A stretch of 64,000 bases of DNA. Source: Octopus vulgaris. Lineage: Eukaryota. The translations under genes and the position numbers were made by a program. Location: NCBI GenBank assembly GCA_951406725.2, contig OX597833.1, positions 51,770,001 through 51,834,000 on the forward strand, read 5' to 3'. Of the stretch, positions 53,636 through 64,000 are shown piece after piece; position 1 is the first letter of the stretch; each line of letters begins with the position of its first letter. The notes beneath the pieces are model-generated. The model was not told where the DNA came from. It did not search any database and was given only the letters and a program-made list of their open reading frames with translations.

Positions 53636-53885
53636 GAGTCGTCCCGGGACGGATTAGGACCCATAGAGGCCCTAAGCACTTCAGAGGTTTCGGTGCACCT
53701 GTATATACGGGGTGTTCAAAAAGTCTCTCCGCAATAAGCATTTTATTGCAAAATAAATATGAGTCGTCCCGGGACAGATTAGGACCCATAGAGGCCCTAA
53801 GCACTTCAGAGGTTTCGGGGCACCTGTATATACAGGGTGTTCAAAAAGTCTCTCCGCAGTAAGTATTTTATTGCAAAATATATAT
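53636..53885. repeat. 125-bp tandem duplication spanning a transposon TIR
   Basis: GAGTCGTCCCGGGAC...GGGTGTTCAAAAAGTCTCTCCGCA...TTTTATTGCAAAATA at 53636 and 53761. Confidence 0.92.
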
Positions 53886-54077
53886 ATATAAGATGGTATA
53901 AGACTACAAAAGAATATATTAGACTTTAAGAGACTTTAAAAATCTTTTTAAGAGGTGTTGAAAGTGTCGTCCTTCATTTTCAATACATAAGTTGACTCTT
54001 CTACACATGTTTTGAAATACATCTTGGAGAGTCAGCATGAAAAAAATTCACTGTGGAGAGACTTTTTGAAAACCATT
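53833..54077 (-). mobile_element. Non-autonomous rosa/maT-like Tc1/mariner element
   Basis: TIRs CAGGGTGTTCAAAAAGTCTCTCCGCAGT / ACTGTGGAGAGACTTTTTGAAAACC. Minus-strand peptide DVFQNMCRRVNLCIENEGRHFQHLL. Confidence 0.8.
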
Positions 54078-54767
54078 TACATGTAATTCAAAATATTAAC
54101 AACAATAAACCATTAATTGATTTTTTTTTTTCAAAATGAAACACAACTAACAGTAGAATAGAAAATGATGTTCATTTTTGTATAATAAATGCGCCTTTTT
54201 AAAGCCTAGCCAGGCTCATGGGCCCGGTTTCCCGGTTTCAATGGCGTATGTGTAACCCAGCTGCCGCTACGTTCTGAGTTCAAATTCCGCCGAGGTCGAC
54301 TTTGCTTTTCATTCTTTCAGGGTCGAGAAATTAAGTACCAGTTATGCACTGGGGTCGATGTAATCGATTTAATCCCTTTGTTCTTATTTGTCCCCTGTAT
54401 ATTAAGAAAGAAAAGGTGGGACAAAATGATTAAGATGAAATAGGATGAATTTGTTTCCTCATTTCTCTATAATTACATTTGAACAAAAATTCCTACACAT
54501 ATGTATCCCTCTTTCGATATCGAAAAGATCATAAATGCAGCAAAAATCAAAAATATCTTGGTCAAATGAAAGAGGATCCTGAAAAAATAGCACATGATAT
54601 GAAATTAACGAAACTTGACTAAACCTAAGAACTCAATATAAAATATTCTCTATAGCGTCTTCACGTTCTGCTGGAGTGGCTATGTTCTTGATTTTTTATA
54701 AACCATGCAGTTAATGAGAAGAAATTACTGAAATAAGGCATTACTCATTTTGCCCCAACTCTGATAG

Positions 54768-54845
<78 letters not shown>

Positions 54846-55377
54846 TTTGAAGATTGAAAACTATCAAATTAGACATTAGTGTGGGGAAAATTGACTTGGA
54901 ATCCAAGCTAGAAAAGAACTGTTATTGATAAACACACAAGAAAAGATTATCCAAATGTTTCATTAGCAACCTTTATTAGAATCATGTCAAAGTTGAGGAA
55001 AAAATTCCCTGAAAAAAAGGACCAGTCACTTGCCAGTGTTTCAAACTCTCGAATGTTCAACAACAACCATGCTGATCAATTTTTCACTCCTAAAGACGAT
55101 GAAACCGTACAAAATGATGATGGATTACTTGCAATGTAATGGCTTCAAACACGTAGGGAGAAAATCATAAGAAATCAGAAATTACTCATTCCCCCGCCAT
55201 CTCCTCTTACAATGAAATTGCCGTCGGCGGTGGGAAATCCAGGAAAAAGTTGACAGGAATTAAATTAAAGAACGACAACAGAATTTGGCGAGAGTCATTT
55301 TCTTTTTGTGCCTTATATAACACACACACCGGTAAAATTTCCACTTTTTTCTTATTTTTACAGGCATGGTTAACTCG

Positions 55378-55970
55378 GCGGCGGCGAGCTGGCAGAACCG
55401 ATAGCACGCCAGGCGCAATGCTTAGCGGTATTTTGTCTGCGTTACGTTGTGAGTTCAAATTCCGCCGAGGTCGACTTTGCCTTTCATCCTTTCGGGGTCG
55501 ATAAATTAAGTACCAGTTACGCACTGGGGTCGATGTAATCGACTTAATACCTATGTCTGTCCTTGTTTGTCCGCTCTGTGTTTAGCCCCTTGTGGGTAAT
55601 AAAGAAATAGGTATTTTGTCTGCCGTTACGTTGTGAGTTCAAATTCCGCCGAAGTCGACTTTACCTTTCATCCTTTCGGGGTCGATAAATTAAGTACCAG
55701 TTACGCACTGGGGTCGATGTAATCGACTTAATACCTATGTCTTTCCTTGTTTGTCCCCTCTGTGTTTAGCCCCTTGTGGGTAATAAAGAAATAGGTATTT
55801 CGTCTGCCGTTACGTTGTGAGTTCAAATTCCGCCGAGGTCGACTTTACCTTTCATCCTTTCGAGGTCGATAAATTAAGTACCAGTTACGATGTAATCGAC
55901 TTAATACCTATGTCTGTCTTTGTTTGTCCCCTCTATGTTTAGCCCCTTGTGGGTAATAAAGAAATAGGTA
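55378..55970 (+). mobile_element. SINE family B head-to-tail trimer (one head plus three ~184-bp bodies)
   Basis: GGTATT starts at 55427, 55610, 55794 and 55967. Each junction reads GAAATA|GGTATT. Confidence 0.93.
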
Positions 55971-56469
55971 TTCTTGTTGGGTGTTTGTCATGAATGTGTC
56001 TCTTTCGTGTGGAGTAGTGGTGTTTTTCAGTTCATGCAGCAGGACTATCTTTCGTTTTTGGTATTGGTTGATTTCTGTGTATATTTTCTTTTTGATGTTT
56101 TAGTTTTCTTTCTTGATGTTCTGTGAGTCCTAACCGCTTGGCAGATGAATTGATAGATTTTGTGTATAGCTTGAAGGAGATGCATGTTTTAATGAAGTGG
56201 AGCTGTCGGGCAGCTATCTTGATTTTACATTTTCTTCAAATATAGTTGATGCTTATTATACTTTACACTGCTACCGTTCTTTTAAGTTTGTTCCTTGTCA
56301 ACTTTTCCCTGGTGAAAGACTATTCCCGAACCGCTGCAAATTCCACTCCTCACAGTAAATTCTCTACACCCTTTCTGCCAATTTTTCTAAATAAAATACA
56401 AACCTCGCCGACGCAGACCACCGCCAGTCTGTAATGAGTATTCCTTTCTCCTTTCACTAACAGATTTAG

Positions 56470-56610
56470 TATTTTTAATATTTTTCTTTTTTGCTCTGTA
56501 GTTAAAATTCGTGCAATGGATACTATACACATCTTAAGAAACTCGCCTTTGATGTATGGTTTCAGTGTCTTTACAATTAGATCGCTGACTTCATAACTTG
56601 CCTACGTTAC
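56470..56610 (-). pseudogene. hAT transposase fragment (SPIN/Charlie/GTF2IRD2-like)
   Basis: ASYEVSDLIVKTLKPYIKGEFLKMCIVSIARIL matches the ASxxVSxLIAKxxKPFxxGEFIKxC motif. Confidence 0.7.
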
Positions 56611-57080
56611 ACAAGAATTTTCATAAAAATACCTTTCAAAAATAACTTACTGTTTACGTAAAGATTCTTTTTAAAATACCAACATCTCTAAACACAGAAT
56701 CCCTTTTATTTTTTTTCGTTTTCTTTCTGCTTAGTCGAATAGTTGTATCAACCAAAGAAATTTTTATAAACTGCATCCGAACCGTTTCAAATACTAGAGA
56801 CATAGTTTCATTTGTTTCTATGACAACTATGTTTATTAGTCAGCGTTTTCAGACGAAGAAACAACTGAGTCGGCAACTAATTAATACTAATGAGAATTAA
56901 AAAGCGCAGTATAGATTTTAGAATATATTAAAATATTGGAAAATGAACGGCATAATACTAAATGCTAATTTAGCCTCTGTGACAAGTAAAAATTAATATT
57001 GAGCACCCTCAATAAAAATGGAATGAAATATCTTCCAGTATCTACCAACAATTACCTATACATACACACAAACATATATA

Positions 57081-58395
57081 TCAGGTCATCCCATAAGTTC
57101 TGTCCGATTTTACCTTTTTTTATAATTGAATGACATTTAATAGTATTTTAGAATGTCTAATGGAATTAAAAATTATTTTTATGTATTTGTGTACATTTAA
57201 ACTAATTAAATATTATTTTACAGAATAATAGAAATAAAATCACTGTCATTAAAACCCTTTCTAACATAGAAGTATCCAAAGAGCATTTAAGGCACATAAT
57301 ACTTTATAAGTACAAAAAAGGAAGCTCTTCAACCGAAGTGACTCGAAACATACACTCAGTTTATGGGAAAGAATGCTTGAATGAAAGAACTTGCAGAAGA
57401 TGGTTTGCAAAATTCAGAAGTGGAGATTTCAGCCTTGAAGATGAAGATCGAGCAGGACGTCCAGTTGAGTTTGATGATAAGCCCCTTGAGGCATTACTTG
57501 AAGAAAATCCTGCATTATCAGTTGAAGAATTGGCAATAAAGCTTAGTTTGAACCACACAATTGTTCATCGTCATCTTCAACAATTTGGAAAGGTTTCTAA
57601 ACTTGGAAAATGGGTACCTCATGAATTGTTCGAAAGCAACCGCAAATCCCGAGTTGACATCTGCTCTTCTCTCCATTATCGCGAACTCATTTCACCCTTT
57701 TTGGATAGACTTGTGACTGGTGACTAAAAATGGATCTTCTATCGAAATGTTAAACGTTGTAAACAGTGGCTTGGTAAAAGGGAAAAAGCTCAACCACAAC
57801 CGAGAAGGGAACTTCATGGGAAAAAGGTTCTTCTCTCTATCTTGTGGGATTGCAAAGGGGTAATTCACTTTGAATTGTTACCACCTAATGCAAAAACCAA
57901 TGCTCAAGTCTACTGTCAGCAATTAGAGCGTCTGCATCAAGCTCTGAAGAAAAAAAGACCTGCTTTAGTGAATCGAAAAGGAGTGATGCTTTATCAGGAC
58001 AATGCGCGACCCCACACTGTAAAGATCACATCATAGAAGATCGAAGAGCTTGGTTGGAAAAAAATTCCTCATCTACCAAATTCTCCTGACCTTGCTCCTT
58101 CAGACTACCATTTGTTTCGTAGTTTACAGAGTCATTTGGGAGACATAACTTTCGCAAGTCATTTGGGAGACATAACTTTCGCAAGCCAGGTGGAGGTCGA
58201 AACTGACATTTCAGAGTCATTGCTTTCAAACCAAAAGAGTTTTACATTGATGGGATTAAAAAGCTTGTAAATAGATGGAAGGAAGTCATAGATAATCAGG
58301 GAAAGTACATTGATGATTAAATTCCAGTTAGATATAACATTTGATCACTTGTTTTCTATATTCAAAATTCGAACAGAACTTATGAGATGACCTGA
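57081..58395 (+). mobile_element. Full-length (1315 bp) mariner element, inactive
   Basis: TA-flanked TIRs TCAGGTCATCCCATAAGTTCTGTCCGA / TCGAACAGAACTTATGAGATGACCTGA. Confidence 0.96.
57266..58320 (+). pseudogene. Mariner DD34D transposase pseudogene
   Basis: WFAKFRSGDFSLED, WVPHEL, TGD*KW, QDNARPH and SPDLAPSDYHLF with D34D spacing. Start codon reads ATA; stops at 57725 and 58034; 27-bp in-frame duplication at 58130-58183; late frameshift. Confidence 0.95.
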
Positions 58396-58402
58396 TATAT
58401 TC

Positions 58403-58451
<49 letters not shown>

Positions 58452-58452
<1 letters not shown>

Positions 58453-58667
58453 GAGAAAGCACCGAAAGGTTCTCGGCTTTAAGGGTGTCGCGAAAGGCCT
58501 GGCTGGAGGGCCAGTATTTAGAGTTCTTTTACAGACCTTAGAAAACTGAAGTACTGCTGGAATTACTGTGTGAATCTGAGAGAGGAATAATTTTAATAAA
58601 ATCACAATTAACTGATCCTCCTGTAGTTTTTTCTACCCAATGCCAGGAAGCTTTCAGCACCTCATCG
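58452..58667 (+). mobile_element. ~215-bp mariner-derived MITE (copy 3)
   Basis: Homologous to 27622-27837. Confidence 0.75.
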
Positions 58668-58683
58668 TGTGTGTGTTTGTGTA

Positions 58684-58777
<94 letters not shown>

Positions 58778-59299
58778 TGTTTTTAACTACCTACAGTGTA
58801 TTTTCTATTCCTCACAGGTCGACTTCGGCTTTCATCATTGTTGTCGGTATCGATAAAATAAATACCAGTTGTGTACTGAGGTCGAGGCAATCGATCGGTC
58901 CCGTTCCTCGACATTGCAGGCCATGTGCCAAAATTAGAAACCAAAAAGAACATACAGATCGAAGTCAGTAATGGTTAATAAAAGTCACTTAATGTAATAA
59001 ATAGAAAAAATACTTACCCTGTCTGGTCAAAGAAAAAAAAGTAAAAAGAATCATTAAACATACCTCCAGGTTGCTTCCACTTCCAAGTTTTTCCTGTTAA
59101 CCTTTGATTTGTATGGATTCTTAACCTGCTTGCAACTATATGTATATGTGTGTCTGTGTATGTGTGTGTATGTGAGTTTATACACATACATATATATATG
59201 GATGTATATGTGTGTGTATGTATATATGTATATATGGATGTATATGTGTGTGTATATATATGTATATATGGATGTATGCGTGTGTATATATATATAAAT

Positions 59300-59346
<47 letters not shown>

Positions 59347-59351
59347 TATAC

Positions 59352-59413
<62 letters not shown>

Positions 59414-59546
59414 TATATACATATATATACATATATATATAAACATATATAAACATATATATATATATACAAATATATATGTAGGTCCCGGGTTGATTCG
59501 GGGTTAACCACAGTAAATAAGGTACTCAATACATAGCAGAGTAAAG

Positions 59547-59607
59547 TTAATTTATTATATAGAAGGAGCTTCTACAGGACTGAAGCTCCTTCTATATAAT
59601 AAATTAA
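59547..59607. repeat. Perfect 26-bp inverted repeat with a 9-nt loop
   Basis: TTAATTTATTATATAGAAGGAGCTTC-TACAGGACT-GAAGCTCCTTCTATATAATAAATTAA. Confidence 0.95.
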
Positions 59608-59610
59608 TAT

Positions 59611-59661
<51 letters not shown>

Positions 59662-59918
59662 AGGTTATGCCAAAACATGTCTTTTAAATAATTCCTTTTC
59701 ATGTTTCGTAGCAGAATTCATTTTAGGTGACAACACCGTTCACTATGATGATGATGAAATTGTTGTTGTTGTTATTTTGTGGTGGTGGTGTCGTCGCGAA
59801 TGAAAAATCTAGAAAAAGCAGGGGTTGGTGGAGCTGGAGAAAGAAGAATAAATCGGTGAGGTCCAAGAATACAAGGGACATAGTGATATTTCCACAGTTA
59901 TCTCTGTATTTTTTCTTT

Positions 59919-59964
<46 letters not shown>

Positions 59965-60192
59965 CGTGCGCAAGCGCATCTGATTAAACTATTTCACTGT
60001 CTTCGATCTAATTGAATATGCCAAAAATAACAACGGCATTTATTATGACAAATGGCATCAGGGTGGACATCTTCAGCTTTATTATACCCGGAATAGCGTC
60101 ACTGTTTGGTACCGAGGTACACCGACGAACTTTTCACTTCTGTTGACATTAAAACAGATTCGACGTAAAAGTATAGACTTAATGTACACACG

Positions 60193-60234
<42 letters not shown>

Positions 60235-60368
60235 AGGCACGCACACACAATGTCGGAGTCATGTACGCACACATATATGCGCGTGTGCCCCCGTGTGTGT
60301 ATGTGTGCGCGCACCCATGTGTGTGTGTGTGAGTGTAGATGAGTCTGTGTGATAGGAAGTTTGCTTCC

Positions 60369-60930
60369 AAGGCGGCGAGCTGGCCGAAACGTTAGCATGC
60401 CGGGCGAAATGCTTAGTGGTATTTCGTCTGCCGCTACGTTCTGAGTTCAAATTCCGCCGAGCCCGACTTTGCCTTTCATCCTTTCGGGGTCGATAAATTA
60501 AGTACCAGTAAATTAAGTACCACTGGGGTCGATATAATCGATTTAATCCGTTTGTCTGTCCTTGTTTGTCCTCTCTGTGTTTAGCCCCTTGTGAGTAGTA
60601 AAGAAATAGGTACTTCGTCTGCCGCTACGTTCTGAGTTCAAATTCCGCCGAGCTCGATTTTGCCTTTCATCCTTTCGGGGTCGATTAAATAAGTACTAGT
60701 TACGCACTGAGGTCGATATAATTGACTTAATCCCTTTGTCTGTCCTTATTTGTCCTCTCTGTGTTTCGCCCCTTGTGTGTAGTAAAGAAATAGGTATTTC
60801 GTCTGCCGCTACGTTCATCCTTTCAGGATCGATAAATTAAGTACCCGTTGTGTACGGGGTTCGGTCTAATCGACTGGCCTTCTCCCCCAAAAAACATTTC
60901 GGGTCTTGTGGCTCGTGGAAAAAAGTATTA
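60369..60930 (+). mobile_element. SINE family B head-to-tail trimer; the last unit has an older-type tail
   Basis: Junctions GAAATA|GGTA(C/T)TTCGTCTGCCGCTAC at 60609 and 60793. Confidence 0.92.
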
Positions 60931-61806
60931 TAAGATTGTTTTTGACAACCACTAGTATATTGGTTATCTCTACGAAGATTTTTCGGAAGAAGTAAAAAAA
61001 ATACATTATTCGTCAGTTCATCATTATACTTGTACAGAACATATTTCTGTTTTCCAAAGAAATTACATAAAATGGAATGAAATAGAATAAAGAAAAAATG
61101 TAGAACATTTACGCTATCAGTTTTAAGTATTTTCTAGTCTTGTTCTTTAATGTATTTACGTAGGTATTCTGTTTGATTTGAATTTATTTAGTTTCACTGT
61201 ATTTCATTTCCTTTCCTTGGAAAGGAAAAGAAATTGAGGACTTCTTTTTAGCTGTTTATAAATAAAATAACGAACACCAATCCATGTGGTTCTGGGTTCA
61301 GTTCCACTGCATGGCTTTTTGGGCAAGTGTTTTCTACTATAGTCACAGACCGACCAAATCCTTGTGAGTAGATTTGGGAGACGGAAACTCAAAGCAGCTC
61401 TTTTTTCCGGCACATCGATAAAAGTAAAGCAACTACAGTATGGACGGATTTTCGAAGTCCAATGATACCCTACACACCTATTTGGTCATGAAGATTTACA
61501 AACATACTTTCTCAGTGAGTCTCGATATACCTATAATTATGGGTAATACCAAAAGTACCTTTCGGATTTTTCCTAATGTGATGTGAATCTTTGGTGTAGC
61601 AATTGCATGCGGCTGAAGAGAGCTTTAAACCATCCTTTATGTCGATTATACAATGATGTAAGAATAGGTCGTTTATAAAGCTTGAAACACGTGTACCGCG
61701 ACATCCTTTGTGTTCTGTTTTTGATTTCATTTGATGCATATACCCTCTCACCTCTGCTACTAGCTGGCGTATATAGGTGCTTACACTTATCAAGTATTCA
61801 CCCTAA

Positions 61807-61857
<51 letters not shown>

Positions 61858-62091
61858 GCCTTGTGGTATTTATTCAAACCCTCTGCACCCAGAGTTCAAA
61901 TCTCAATCGAATCTGAGAAACGCTGTTCTGTTGTGTCACGCTGAACAACTCGCTCAAATGATTTGTCTATTGGGATTTAAAGTTCGTGCTTCTCATAAGC
62001 TTAGTCACTCCATCGAATAGACATTACCTGTACAGCTGAACGGTGTACCACACCTTAGATGTTGAAGTGATGTTGAAGTGATTTCCCCCAA

Positions 62092-62137
62092 GACACCTGA
62101 TGAAGGCTGGAGGGTATATCAACCGAAATGTTGTGTT
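62092..62137 (+). ncRNA. Hammerhead-like motif in a short Penelope-like remnant
   Basis: GACAC-CTGATGA-A-GGCTG...CAACC-GAAA-T-GTT-GTGTT. Core intact, stems partly decayed. Confidence 0.55.
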
Positions 62138-62511
62138 AACAACAAACACGAAGAGGACAAATATCCAACTCCTCATCTCTTAAATATATAGTGATGTAAC
62201 ATATATATATATTACATCCTATTTTTCTATAGGCTATATTTCTATAGGCTATTTCTGACATTATATCATATAATGTTTTTTTCAAACAATATTAATAGCG
62301 TTCAGTAAATCACTATACACATCCATCATTTTCTATTAAAATGTCTTATTGACGAATTTCGTTTTTTCACTTCCGTAAAGAGAAGATTGCATTGTTTTAT
62401 ACCATTTATTCTTTTGAATAGTATCAGTGAAATCTTCGAAACATGTGTCGAAAGTAAAAGTATTTAATTTATACCTGCGTTAAACACCATTTATTTATTC
62501 ATATCTATACA

Positions 62512-62582
<71 letters not shown>

Positions 62583-62619
62583 TATATATATACATACACA
62601 CACAAACACACACACGCAT

Positions 62620-62650
<31 letters not shown>

Positions 62651-63101
62651 CATACACATACGCACACGCAGACACACACACACATATATATATACATATA
62701 TATGTACGATATCCTCATAAGTGAAACATATATACATACACACACTTGTATATATGTATTTATATATATGTGTATGTATGTATATGTATGTGTGTATACG
62801 TGTATGTTATGTATGTATGTATGCATGTACTCTGTGTGCATGCGCATGTGCGTGTGTGGCTGTATACGTGTGTGTATAAATTATGTGGTGTATAGATATG
62901 CGTATGGATGCATGAATGTATGTGTATAGATTTCTGTGTACGTGTATGTGTTTCTGTAAGCATACAATATCCCTTATATATGGACACGCACACAGATATC
63001 TTCTAGTGTGACTGTGTGCGTGTACGTGTTTATGAGTGTAAGTGTGCAAGTTTGTATATGTGTGTGCGTGTGGCAATGTGTATGTGCGCTTGCATGTGTG
63101 T

Positions 63102-63132
<31 letters not shown>

Positions 63133-63922
63133 CGGGATACATGATGGTGATGCTCCAGAAACAGGTGTTAAAGAGAATGGTCTAATCATGCAGAGGGCAA
63201 GATAAAGGGGGCAAGCAGCAATAGGAGGCTGGAAGGGGGTGAAGCAGGAAACGGGGGACAGAAAAGGGTGTAGGGATGACTGTAGGGGTGACTGCCCCCC
63301 CCCCTGTTTGCTTGATCGGTCAATACGAGATTTAATTAAGTTCTTGAATAGCTTAGGTTTGTACATGAATTATTTCACCTCTCCTACACATGGCTAGCAA
63401 GGGGAGGCAAGGAAGAGGAGGAGGAGGAGGGTCGGAGAGGAGGGGGAGAAGGACAGGGAATGTAAGGAGGAGGAGGAGGAGGGATTGCTGAGTTTGTATT
63501 GTAGGATAGGAAGGGGTAAGGGTACTGGACCCGTTGGTTGTTGTCCACTCGTTGCCTCTGGATCCACTGCCCCCACCACCATCACCACCGCCACCACCAC
63601 TTGTACCAACATTATCAATTCCACCAACACGTCTGAAACGGTTATTATTTACCCGGACCCTAAACACATTTTGGCCCCTCTTCTGTAGCGTCACCGTTTG
63701 GCCTTGCTAATAACAGCTACCAGGTTTGCATCAAATTACTGCCTGCGAATTTGAAAAAGGACGGATGTAACTGTGCGGTCAAGAAGCTCCTTTTTCCAAC
63801 TGCGTGTTCTCGGGTTCAGTCCCACTGCGTGACAATTTGGGGAGGTGCCTTTAACTATAGCCCAAGGCCAACTATTTCCTTGTGAGTGAATTTAGTTCAC
63901 GGAAACTATGTTGAATCGCGCC

Positions 63923-64000
<78 letters not shown>

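Noticed and set aside
54520-55140. Possible decayed transposase or exon
   Set aside because: Short open stretches only, with no motif I can name with confidence.
55378-55970. CRISPR-like array or hammerhead retrozyme
   Set aside because: There are no unique spacers or cas genes in this eukaryotic context, and I found no CTGANGA...GAAA hammerhead core on either strand of the unit.
55970-56430. Possible Penelope ORF N-terminus on the minus strand (QLHFIKTCISFKLY)
   Set aside because: The resemblance is too short and is interrupted by stops; it would need a profile search.

Overview
This is AT-rich, microsatellite-saturated eukaryotic non-coding DNA, either intergenic or inside a very large intron. 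The repeat complement resembles that of octopus (cephalopod) genomes; this is an inference from recalled family sequences, not a database result. I find no intact host gene, and almost all listed ORFs are translated (TA)n, (CA)n, (TACA)n or (GA)n tracts. The window is a nested mosaic of four groups. (i) At least four tRNA-headed SINE families, here labelled A-D, which share or swap modules. (ii) Non-LTR retrotransposon 3' remnants: CR1-like, RTE-like, an R4/Dong-like RLE element in (TACA)n, and a CRE-like RLE element. (iii) DNA transposons: a full-length dead DD34D mariner, deleted and fold-back mariners, Tc1, rosa-like, hAT, a Tigger-like MITE, a Merlin-like MITE carrying TTAGGG repeats, and Helentron/HINE-like elements. 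(iv) Short Penelope-like remnants carrying about nine minimal hammerhead-ribozyme-like motifs. The two most intriguing signals are the density and variant cores of the hammerhead motifs, and a SINE family (B) that repeatedly forms head-to-tail ~184-bp multimers and headless copies breaking in the loop of its extended anticodon-arm hairpin. Repeat boundaries were read by eye and are approximate unless a TSD or TIR is quoted.
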